From NCBI GenBank assembly GCA_964415055.1, contig CAYPZD010000008.1, positions 12,838 through 76,837 on the forward strand: DNA of 64,000 nt, written 5' to 3'. Origin of the DNA: an uncultured Verrucomicrobiota bacterium. Lineage in GTDB: Bacteria; Verrucomicrobiota; Verrucomicrobiia; Limisphaerales; AAA164-E04. Below, piece after piece: positions 56,575 through 64,000 of this stretch (positions are counted from its first letter, which is position 1; each line of letters begins with the position of its first letter). Under the pieces are notes generated by a model, which was not told the DNA's origin, ran no database searches, and saw only the letters and a program-made list of their open reading frames with translations. The position numbers and the translations under genes are program-made.

Positions 56575-58197
56575 TCAATCCTGATGCATTCGCTGGCGTT
56601 TAGGCGTTTGATTTTTTGAGCCAGCTTGGGACTTTTGCTTCTGAGCAACTGATTCCAAATACGGCCGCAGGCATATCGGCTGATCACTGCGCCCTGTTCG
56701 TTGATAGTCCACCCAAAGTGTTTCGGCAACGGTTTGCGGTTCCAAATTGATTTGTTCGGTCAGGTAATGAAACACATAGGCGACCAGCTTGGTCAGGGCA
56801 ATCCCGTGACGGTTTCCCGTGCTCCCATATAACCAATCACTAAACGCCATAAAGGAGTCAAAAGGGTTTTGCGTCTTGCTCCAAATCAACGAAACAGTGC
56901 CGATGAAGTTCCCACTGTTGCCGACAAGATCCCAATATCGTGCAAATCGTTTGATGCGCTGCAAGTCCTCAAAGCATAGGTGCTGGTTCTTTATAATCTC
57001 ATACGGCGGCTCCTCATCATAGACCATGTTGTATGTTTGATCGTGACGCACGATCGGCGTGCCCCTTAGCCGCTTCAGGATTCCAATCTGGATTTCATGG
57101 GGGTTCAACTCAATGAGCTGATTGAACCCCTGTCCAAAGGATACAAAGTCTTCACCAGGCAGTCCCGCGATCAAATCCACATGCAGATGAACCCCTGTTT
57201 CCTGCCGCAGAAACCGAATGTTGTCTCTAGTTTTCTCAAGGTTCTGTCGTCGACTGATGTTGTTGGCCACCTCATCGTTGAATGTTTGAATACCAATCTC
57301 AAATTGAACCGATCCTTTGGGGAATTGCTGAATCAACCCGCGAAGCGCTTCCGGCAATCGGTCGGGTATCATTTCGAAATGCAGGAAGAGCCCCGGTTCA
57401 TAGAGATCCAGAAAACTTTGCAGGATAGTGGTTCCGGTCTTGATATTCAGATTGAAGGTGCGATCGACAAATTTGAAATGCCTGACGCCCCGATCGAACA
57501 GTTTCTTCATGGCCTCCATGAAGGATTCAAGCTCGAAAGCACGCACTGGGACATCCAGAGAAGACAGACAGAATTCACAGGTGAACGGACAACCCCTCGA
57601 AGCTTCCACGTAAATGATCCGATTTTTGATATCATCGTCGGTATAAGTGTGGTAAGGAAGTTGGATTTCACTCAAAGCAGGCGTGGGAGAATGAACGATC
57701 TTCGGATGGACCTCAGGCTCCTTATGTGATTCTGAAATCAAATTCCGGCATAACTGATAGAAAGTCACATCCGCTTCCCCCGTCACGACATAATCGACAC
57801 CTTTGAGCCAGTCCTGGGTATTTGTTTCGTAACTGACTTCAGGTCCGCCCAACACAATCTTCAGCGTCGGCCGAATTTTCTTCAGGAGCTGAACCAGGTA
57901 TTTGATTTGGGAAACATTCCAGATATAAACTCCCAAACCGATGATTTCCGGTTGGCGACTGAGAATGCGTTCGGCGACATCAACCATACGTTGGTTGATA
58001 TCAAACTCAACGATACCCGCCTGGTCCTGCAGTTCTCCCAAATTGGTATAGAGATACCGCAGTCCAAAAGATGCATGGATGTATTTCGCATTGATTCCGA
58101 CCAAAAGAATCCTGTTGGAGCATGAGGTTTGATCATGCGCTCCGTTTGCCTGTGATTCCAATGGCATATCAGTACCCGAGAGGCGCGTTGGATGCAT
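56575..58197 (-). CDS. B12-binding-domain radical SAM protein (DUF4080-type C-terminus)
   Basis: 540 aa with an N-terminal cobalamin-binding-like Rossmann domain (ILLVGINAKYIH), the radical SAM motif ASRGCPFTCEFCLS (CX3CX2C), and a long C-terminal extension. Confidence 0.8.
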   Translation of the reverse strand: MHPTRLSGTDMPLESQANGAHDQTSCSNRILLVGINAKYIHASFGLRYLYTNLGELQDQAGIVEFDINQRMVDVAERILSRQPEIIGLGVYIWNVSQIKYLVQLLKKIRPTLKIVLGGPEVSYETNTQDWLKGVDYVVTGEADVTFYQLCRNLISESHKEPEVHPKIVHSPTPALSEIQLPYHTYTDDDIKNRIIYVEASRGCPFTCEFCLSSLDVPVRAFELESFMEAMKKLFDRGVRHFKFVDRTFNLNIKTGTTILQSFLDLYEPGLFLHFEMIPDRLPEALRGLIQQFPKGSVQFEIGIQTFNDEVANNISRRQNLEKTRDNIRFLRQETGVHLHVDLIAGLPGEDFVSFGQGFNQLIELNPHEIQIGILKRLRGTPIVRHDQTYNMVYDEEPPYEIIKNQHLCFEDLQRIKRFARYWDLVGNSGNFIGTVSLIWSKTQNPFDSFMAFSDWLYGSTGNRHGIALTKLVAYVFHYLTEQINLEPQTVAETLWVDYQRTGRSDQPICLRPYLESVAQKQKSQAGSKNQTPKRQRMHQD

Positions 58198-58238
58198 CCC
58201 TTTTTAAGCCTGGCAATATTAACAAAAGCCGTATCGAC

Positions 58239-59735
58239 TCACACTTTCCCCTGCTTTCTCCAGCGATACAAGGTCGTTGGGTGAATCCCCAACTGCGCGG
58301 CAACCCATCCCAGATTGTTATCAGATTGGACCAGCAGGTCACGGGCAAGAGCCATTTTCTGTTTGGGAGAGAGAGCGGGTGTCGAGGGCCAACCGGTCAT
58401 TTGTTGATTGGGATACCCACCGGCTGCCTGCATGGGAGCTCCGCCAGCAGGCTGAGGAGCGTAGCCACCCGGTTGCCCCGGCATGGGCTGGAATCCTCTT
58501 TGTCCAGCGTCCCCTCCCGGCACATAATTTTCCTGCAGTTGTTGTCCGGGTATGCCACCGTTCATCGCTGCGGAAGCGTTCTGCGAACCTCCCTGCTCCG
58601 ATGCGGAAATAGGTTTTTCCCACCACGCAGCCCGCAAGACCGGGCCATCATGCAAGACCACCATGCGGTCGATCTGACTTTTCAGTTCACGCACATTACC
58701 AGGCCAATGATAAGCCTGAAATGCCTGCACCAGCTCAGGTTCAATCCCGTCGAAATGTTTCCCGAATCGCTCACTTGCCATGTCCAGGAAGAGTTTCACG
58801 AATTGCGGAACATCATCATTGTGCATGCGCAGAGGGGGAATCCTCAGTGTGATTTCGGAAAGACGGAAATAAAGGTCGGTACGAAAATTATGGCGTTCGG
58901 TTTCGTTGTCCAGATTTCGATTCGTCGCTGAGATCACGCGAACATCAATGGGATAATCTTCCGTCCCTCCGATTCGGCGCGCTTTTCGTGTTTCCAGAAA
59001 GCGCAGCAACTTGGGTTGGAGTCCCATGTCAAGCTCCCCGATCTCATCCAGAAACAAGGTTCCACCGTTGGCTTGCTCGACCAGACCTTTCCTGGCTTTC
59101 ACCGCGCCTGTGTAGGACCCCTTTTCGGCACCGAACAATTCGGCTTCGATCAAGTCTTTGGGAATGGCGGCACAATTGACCGCGACAAAAGGTTCACGTC
59201 CGCTGGATGCATGCAATGCCTGCGCAACGCGTTCCTTACCAACACCCGATTCACCCAGAATGAGAACGGTGGCATCGGTGGGGCCAAGCCGCTCGATACC
59301 TTGGCGCAGGTTCTGCATGGCGTAGGATTCACCTACCAATATGTCCTTGGATTCCAGCGTCTTTCCTCCGTATAGCTGAATCCACAGGTGTTGCGAATCG
59401 CATGCCTTTTGCAGAGCTTCCTTCCATCGTGCAACATCGTCTTCGAGATCCAGCACATCATAGGCACCGTCCCTCATGGAGTTGACTGTTTCCTGAGTGC
59501 CCATGTTGGAGCCAAACGCAATGTAGCAACGACTTGTCTGACTCAAACGCACACGAATGTGTGCCCATCGATCGTCTTGGGTACATTGGACAGGAATCAT
59601 GTACACGCTGTCATGCGTGTTATGGCTTAGTTCTTTGATCTGATCAGGTTCAAAAAACTGGCATCGATACCCCATGGAGGTGACCCAGGCTTCTGCCTTG
59701 CGGGACTCCGGGTGATTCAGGAGTTGAATAATCAT
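58239..59735 (-). CDS. sigma-54-dependent transcriptional activator (bEBP) with degenerate receiver domain
   Basis: AAA+ core with Walker A GESGVGKE, sigma-54 contact loop GSYTGA (GAFTGA variant), Walker B LFLDEIGE, and WPGNVREL. The C-terminal Fis-type HTH is AAQLGIHPTTLYRWRK. Confidence 0.85.
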   Translation of the reverse strand: MIIQLLNHPESRKAEAWVTSMGYRCQFFEPDQIKELSHNTHDSVYMIPVQCTQDDRWAHIRVRLSQTSRCYIAFGSNMGTQETVNSMRDGAYDVLDLEDDVARWKEALQKACDSQHLWIQLYGGKTLESKDILVGESYAMQNLRQGIERLGPTDATVLILGESGVGKERVAQALHASSGREPFVAVNCAAIPKDLIEAELFGAEKGSYTGAVKARKGLVEQANGGTLFLDEIGELDMGLQPKLLRFLETRKARRIGGTEDYPIDVRVISATNRNLDNETERHNFRTDLYFRLSEITLRIPPLRMHNDDVPQFVKLFLDMASERFGKHFDGIEPELVQAFQAYHWPGNVRELKSQIDRMVVLHDGPVLRAAWWEKPISASEQGGSQNASAAMNGGIPGQQLQENYVPGGDAGQRGFQPMPGQPGGYAPQPAGGAPMQAAGGYPNQQMTGWPSTPALSPKQKMALARDLLVQSDNNLGWVAAQLGIHPTTLYRWRKQGKV

Positions 59736-59743
59736 GTTTAGTT

Positions 59744-59759
59744 GTTGGTTGGTTGGTTG
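59744..59759. repeat. (GTTG)x4 microsatellite = (CAAC)x4 in the 5' leader of the bEBP gene
   Basis: Direct reading: GTTGGTTGGTTGGTTG, 9-24 nt upstream of ATG 59735 on the minus strand. Confidence 0.9.
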
Positions 59760-59771
59760 TTAGCATAGATC

Positions 59772-59787
59772 ACCAAAACACATGCCA
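59772..59787 (-). promoter_or_regulatory. weak sigma-54-like promoter upstream of the bEBP gene
   Basis: The minus strand reads TGGCAT-GTGTT-TTGGT. Spacing is correct, but the -12 element is GG instead of GC. It lies 37-52 nt upstream of the ATG. A palindrome CATTGCAATG (59793-59802) and the half-site CATTGCAA (59808-59815) lie just upstream. Confidence 0.3.
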
Positions 59788-59964
59788 GCGATCATTGCAA
59801 TGAAAAACATTGCAAACGCGAAACTGCAGCTGCGATTTTGCGACTTTTGCAGATGGAAGGTGCTCAACTGACTGCTCCACGGTTCCTGATTTATCGGCAT
59901 ATTTCAGTCTCCCCTCCAATAATTGCTTTCTCTAAAATGGCATATTTGATTCAATGCGCCCCTC

Positions 59965-61257
59965 ATGAAGATACTGGTGATTGGATCTGGAGGTAGAGAG
60001 CATGCATTGGTCTGGAAACTCGCTCAATCGAGCAACGTTTCAGCCATGTGGTGCGCGCCTGGTAACGGCGGGATTGCATTGGAAAAGCTTTCCAATAGTG
60101 GCGAACCCGTACAGTGCGTGAACATTGGCGCGGAAGATCTTGAAAAACTCCTGGACCTGGCAGACCAGATCAAACCCGACCTGACCGTTGTCGGCCCTGA
60201 CAATCCACTGTCGATGGGCATCGTGGACCAATTCCAAAAAGCCGGATTCACCATCTGGGGTCCAAATGCCCAGGCGGCCCAATTCGAGGCCTCGAAAGCT
60301 TTTTCACAGGAGTTCATGCAGCGCCACGATATTCCGACTGCCCGGTCAGGAATTTTCACAACGCCAACGGAAGCATTGGATTTCGCAAAATCACTCAATG
60401 GAAAATGCGCCGTCAAAGCAGATGGTCTTGCGCTCGGCAAGGGAGTGCTGATCACGGATACAATCCAGGAAGCAGAAGCTGCCATCCAACAAGTCATGGT
60501 CGACAAATCATTTGGCACCGCCGGCAATCAGGTCGTCATCCAGGAAAAACTCGAAGGTCTTGAGATATCCATGCACGCCCTCTGCGATGGCAAGCACTAC
60601 CTGCTTTTCGATACATCACAGGATCACAAACGTGCTCTCGACGGTGACGGTGGATTGAACACCGGAGGGATGGGCACCTACTCACCTGCACCTTTTCTTA
60701 ATCCGGAACAACTTCAGAACATCAGAGAAACAGTTCTCGACAGGTGGATGAGCGGCTGTCTCAAGGAGGGAATTGACTTCAGAGGCATGCTTTATCCGGG
60801 ACTGATGTTGACCCAGGATGGACCGAAAGTTCTTGAATTCAACGCTCGTTTCGGTGACCCGGAGACTCAGGTCTACCTCATGCGATTGAAAAACGATTTA
60901 CCGGAACTACTGCTGGCCAGCGCCGAAGGTCGACTCGAAGGAATGCAACTGGAATGGTCAGACCAAGCCTCGACGTGCGTGGTCATGGCATCGGGCGGGT
61001 ATCCCGAGGCCTACGCAAAGGGCAAGGTCATCGAAGGAATCGACCGTGCGGAGACAGATCCATCGATTAAAGTGTTTCACGCAGGGACAAAGTTAAACGA
61101 TGAAGGCCAATTACTCACAGCGGGCGGACGAGTGCTGGGAGTGACAGCTCTGGGGAGCGATTTAAGTGAAGCCACTCAAAAAGCGTACAAGGCTGTAGAG
61201 GAAATTCATTTCGAGGCTTGTCATTTTCGTCGTGACATTGCCGCCAAGGCTCTGTAA
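59965..61257 (+). CDS. purD: phosphoribosylamine-glycine ligase
   Basis: 430 aa. It starts MKILVIGSGGREHAL, has ATP-grasp blocks, and LEFNARFGDPE. Confidence 0.95.
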   Translation: MKILVIGSGGREHALVWKLAQSSNVSAMWCAPGNGGIALEKLSNSGEPVQCVNIGAEDLEKLLDLADQIKPDLTVVGPDNPLSMGIVDQFQKAGFTIWGPNAQAAQFEASKAFSQEFMQRHDIPTARSGIFTTPTEALDFAKSLNGKCAVKADGLALGKGVLITDTIQEAEAAIQQVMVDKSFGTAGNQVVIQEKLEGLEISMHALCDGKHYLLFDTSQDHKRALDGDGGLNTGGMGTYSPAPFLNPEQLQNIRETVLDRWMSGCLKEGIDFRGMLYPGLMLTQDGPKVLEFNARFGDPETQVYLMRLKNDLPELLLASAEGRLEGMQLEWSDQASTCVVMASGGYPEAYAKGKVIEGIDRAETDPSIKVFHAGTKLNDEGQLLTAGGRVLGVTALGSDLSEATQKAYKAVEEIHFEACHFRRDIAAKAL

Positions 61258-61375
61258 TGAGTTGGGCAAGGTGCCGATAGATCCTGGATCAGGCATCACT
61301 AAGCCGTTCCGTTCAAACTTCCCGACCGTGGTGAGTCAGTTATATTCCACACCGGGTTTCACGACCATTGATCAC

Positions 61376-62434
61376 ATGCGAATATTAACAGCATTTTGTT
61401 TAGCTCTTTTGCTGCAAGCAGACCTGACACTACAAATCTGGTCAGCTGAGTCGAACGAACCTGCCGACACAGCGGTGGCTGCCACGACTGGACTGCCAAA
61501 ATATGATGAAATCGTTCAGACCATCGAATCCCGTCTGGGCGATATCAGCAAAGAAGACCTTGAACATGCTGCGCTTCAGGGAATTCTCACGGAATTTCAG
61601 ACACGGGTGGAATTGAAAACACCAACCCCAAACGATGCACATCAAACCCTGCCACCATCTCTGGCAAAAAAGGAAGTCATCGGAAAGAGCATCGGCTACA
61701 TTCGAATCGCTGAAATCCGCCCATCAACTGCGAAGGAAACATTGGAAGCGGTCGAGTCACTACGGGTTAAAACGCCTCTTGGAGGAGTGGTCCTGGATCT
61801 GCGTTATGTGGGGGGATCGGATTTTGATTCAGCATTGAGTTTGGCAGCGGTTTTTATCGACGAATCAACCCCGCTTCTGGACTGGGGTAATGGCATGCGA
61901 CCTGTTCCACCAGGCACCACAAAAATCGACCTTCCCACTGTCATTCTGGTCAATGAAGCGACAACAGGTGCCGCCGAGGCTCTCGCTGCCGGGCTCCAAC
62001 AGGCAAACGCAGGACCGTTGGTCGGTCGTCAAACGTCGGGAAATGTTCAATCGAGAGAAAACATCCCGCTATCAAGCGGTCATTTCCTGGTCATTTCATC
62101 CGGATCAATCTCTCTTGCCGACGGCACCAAACTTACAGGAAAAGGTATTGAACCGGACATCGCGGTGGATGTGTCCGCAGCGGAACAAGCTGCTTTGTTT
62201 GATGATCCTTATGGGCAGATCAATCAATCACAAGTTGACGCCGGTGAACGCATGAATGAAGCGGAACTCATGCGGCGCCAGAAAGAAAATGGAGGAGCAG
62301 CCATCGATATCAACGTTCCCCCAGTGGGATCCGAAGAAACCTCCCCCAAGCCAAAAGCCATCAAGGACCCCATCCTGGCCCGGGGCGTGGACGTCTTGAC
62401 CGGGTGGCACATTTTCAGCAACTTGAAGAAGTAA
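61376..62434 (+). CDS. secreted S41 (C-terminal processing peptidase)-like protein, apparently catalytically dead and PDZ-less
   Basis: Signal peptide MRILTAFCLALLL, with S41 core colinearity (IGYIRIAEI, VVLDLRYVGGS, TVILVNEATTGAAEALA, LVGRQTSGN, GKGIEPDI). ATG 61376 is preferred; the listed ORF start 61232 overlaps purD. Confidence 0.65.
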   Translation: MRILTAFCLALLLQADLTLQIWSAESNEPADTAVAATTGLPKYDEIVQTIESRLGDISKEDLEHAALQGILTEFQTRVELKTPTPNDAHQTLPPSLAKKEVIGKSIGYIRIAEIRPSTAKETLEAVESLRVKTPLGGVVLDLRYVGGSDFDSALSLAAVFIDESTPLLDWGNGMRPVPPGTTKIDLPTVILVNEATTGAAEALAAGLQQANAGPLVGRQTSGNVQSRENIPLSSGHFLVISSGSISLADGTKLTGKGIEPDIAVDVSAAEQAALFDDPYGQINQSQVDAGERMNEAELMRRQKENGGAAIDINVPPVGSEETSPKPKAIKDPILARGVDVLTGWHIFSNLKK

Positions 62435-62488
62435 GGAAAGAAGACTTCTTTTAAGTTGAAACCAGATTAAATTGACGAAACGTTCGGA

Positions 62489-62956
62489 ATGCCAACTATG
62501 ACAAAAATCTTGTTCATTTGCACAGGAAACATCTGCCGAAGCCCTATGGCCGAAGGCTACCTTCGTCACTGGGCGAACAAAGCGGATCGTAAGGACATCG
62601 TAGTGGCCTCGGCTGGAGTGGGTGCCATGTCCGGGCAGGCTCCAAGCCAAAACTCCGTGCAAGCTCTCAATGAATGGGGAATCGACATCACGGCACAACG
62701 AAGCCAGATGGTTTCCGAGGAACTCATTCAACAGTCAGATTGGATTTTCGGAATGACGCAAGGCCATGTGGACGCCATCCGCGCCATCTTCCCGGACGCT
62801 TCCGAAAAAGTTTTATTACTTCGCCATTTCAACGAGGAACTACAGGGCTATGACAAGGAGATATCAGACCCCATTGGAGGAAGTCTGGAGATTTACAAAA
62901 CATGTCGAGATGAGATTAAACAAGGTATCGACCGTATGATTGAAGCCCTGCTTGAG
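62489..62956 (+). other. domain: low-molecular-weight protein phosphatase (YwlE/LMW-PTP family)
   Basis: The P-loop is [18 protein letters not shown] (C-X5-R-S) and the acid loop is ISDPIGGS. It is followed by the linker NTSSGSDQ. Confidence 0.85.
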
Positions 62957-64000
62957 AACACCTCATCCGGTTCGGACCAAACACTCACGATAGCCATTGG
63001 CTCCGATCACGCAGGATTTACAGCAAAAGAAGCCCTGAAAACCCATTTGGAATCAGCGACGAAACAAGTGGTCGACATGGGAACTCACAACGAGAATTCC
63101 ACCGATTACCCGGATTACGCCCAGGCGGTGGCGCAAAGCGTGGCTCAAGGGCAAAGTGATATTGGAGTGCTGGTTTGCTCGACCGGAGTCGGCATGTCCA
63201 TTGCAGCCAACAAAGTATCGGGTGTCCGTGCGGCCCTCGTACATGATGCCGAGACCGCCCGATTGGCCAGGGAACACAACCACGCAAACATTCTCTGCCT
63301 CGGTGCCAAAGGAAAAACCGAAGACGATTTATGGGCCAGTCTCCAGGCCTTTCTTGAAACAGAATGTGGAGGCGACCGACACCAGCGTCGTGTCCGAAAA
63401 ATTATAGCCATGGAACAAAAACAAAACCACTCGGTTGCAGCCGTGGATCCGGCCATCGCACAAATCATCGAAAAAGAACGCCAGCGTCAGCAGGAAAACA
63501 TTGAGCTGATCGCCAGTGAAAACTTCACCAGCCCCGCCGTTATGGAAGCCCAGGGTTCGGTTCTGACCAACAAATACGCGGAAGGATATCCCGGCAAACG
63601 CTGGTATGGCGGATGCGAATATGTCGACGAAGCCGAGCAACTGGCCATCGACCGTGCAAAACAGCTTTTTGGAGCCGAACATGCCAACGTCCAGCCACAC
63701 TCTGGTTCGGGCGCCAACATGGCGGTCTATTTTTCCACTCTCAAACCGGGTGACAAAATTCTCACCATGGATCTCAGCCACGGAGGCCACTTGACCCATG
63801 GCAACAAGGCCAATTTCTCCGGAAAGTTCTTCGAAGTCGTGCACTACGGCGTCCGAAAGGAAGATGAACGGATTGATTACGATCAATTGGAACAAATGGC
63901 CAAAGAACACCGGCCCAAAATGATCACTGTCGGGGCAAGCGCCTATCCCCGGATCATCGATTTCGAGCGCATGGCTGCCATCGCCAAAGAAGTGGAAGCT
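62489..64000 (+). CDS. continuous ORF: LMW phosphatase domain + ribose-5-phosphate isomerase B + serine hydroxymethyltransferase (3' end outside window)
   Basis: This ORF is not in the supplied track because it has no stop inside the window. I translated frame 2 by hand from ATG 62489 (or 62498) to nt 64000 and found no stop. The upstream in-frame stop is TAA 62468-62470. Domain boundaries are given in the three entries below. Confidence 0.85.
   Translation, partial: MPTMTKILFICTGNICRSPMAEGYLRHWANKADRKDIVVASAGVGAMSGQAPSQNSVQALNEWGIDITAQRSQMVSEELIQQSDWIFGMTQGHVDAIRAIFPDASEKVLLLRHFNEELQGYDKEISDPIGGSLEIYKTCRDEIKQGIDRMIEALLENTSSGSDQTLTIAIGSDHAGFTAKEALKTHLESATKQVVDMGTHNENSTDYPDYAQAVAQSVAQGQSDIGVLVCSTGVGMSIAANKVSGVRAALVHDAETARLAREHNHANILCLGAKGKTEDDLWASLQAFLETECGGDRHQRRVRKIIAMEQKQNHSVAAVDPAIAQIIEKERQRQQENIELIASENFTSPAVMEAQGSVLTNKYAEGYPGKRWYGGCEYVDEAEQLAIDRAKQLFGAEHANVQPHSGSGANMAVYFSTLKPGDKILTMDLSHGGHLTHGNKANFSGKFFEVVHYGVRKEDERIDYDQLEQMAKEHRPKMITVGASAYPRIIDFERMAAIAKEVEA
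62981..63409 (+). other. rpiB: domain: ribose-5-phosphate isomerase B
   Basis: Blocks [50 protein letters not shown] and [12 protein letters not shown]. There is no stop codon before the next Met. Confidence 0.85.
63410..64000 (+). other. glyA: domain: serine hydroxymethyltransferase (N-terminal ~197 aa in window)
   Basis: Blocks [55 protein letters not shown] and [10 protein letters not shown]. Confidence 0.9.

Noticed and set aside
59736-59964. Purine/folate-type riboswitch (ZTP/pfl) upstream of purD, and a 29-codon ORF (59782-59871, MPAIIAMKNIANAKLQLRFCDFCRWKVLN).
   Set aside because: There is no match to the ZTP conserved cores (GGGUCGUGAC..., CCGCCUGGGCA). The mini-ORF has no SD and no recognisable features, and it overlaps the repeats that look like protein-binding sites.
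62437-62455. AAAGAAG-A-CTTCTTT inverted repeat after the S41-like gene as a terminator.
   Set aside because: The loop is too short for the full stem. The effective stem is 5 AT-rich pairs without a proper U-tract, which is too weak to call.
1-64000. Scan for tRNA/rRNA genes, CRISPR arrays, IS elements, integrases and prophage genes.
   Set aside because: No T-loop-containing cloverleaf candidates (GGTTCGAATCC-like with a complementary stem) occur in any spacer. There are no regularly spaced direct repeats and no transposase- or integrase-like ORFs. The only GGTTCAAG hit (about 52713) lacks a pairing T-stem.

Overview
This is a 64-kb chromosomal segment with about 52 protein-coding genes. I found no rRNA, tRNA, CRISPR array, integrase or IS element by eye. 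The gene content points to a PVC-superphylum bacterium, most likely Verrucomicrobiota, though Planctomycetota is not excluded. The markers are a giant DUF1549/DUF1553 (PSCyt/PSD) protein with its DUF1501 partner, an H-X9-DG pseudopilin, two Cys-type sulfatases, a GDSL-DUF1080 fusion, an M56 BlaR-like sensor, a sigma-54 activator, almost no Shine-Dalgarno sites, and roughly 50% GC (eyeball estimate, not computed). Housekeeping genes are dapB, folK, trpA, panD, lpxD, tadA, trmB, thiH, thiS, lpdA, pyc, purD, rpiB and glyA. They are interleaved with accessory blocks: envelope modification (pseudopilin, MBOAT/SGNH), sulfatase / beta-helix / unknown secreted proteins, a GNAT/DUF1778 toxin-antitoxin pair, and polyphosphate genes. 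Four observations stand out. (1) An apparent operon of VTC-type polyphosphate polymerase domain, DUF4956 membrane protein and HlyD-like adaptor sits behind a near-consensus sigma-54 promoter and a terminator-like leader. (2) A BlaI repressor is coupled to a 1074-aa M56 (BlaR1-like) protein whose extracytoplasmic sensor is replaced by a secretin-type module with a coiled-coil insertion. (3) One stop-free reading frame fuses a low-molecular-weight phosphatase, RpiB and serine hydroxymethyltransferase; the supplied ORF track omits it because it runs off the window end. (4) An 810-aa internally duplicated secreted protein of unknown family lies directly upstream of a sulfatase. All calls come from reading translations and motifs by eye. 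No searches were run, and start codons are best guesses.
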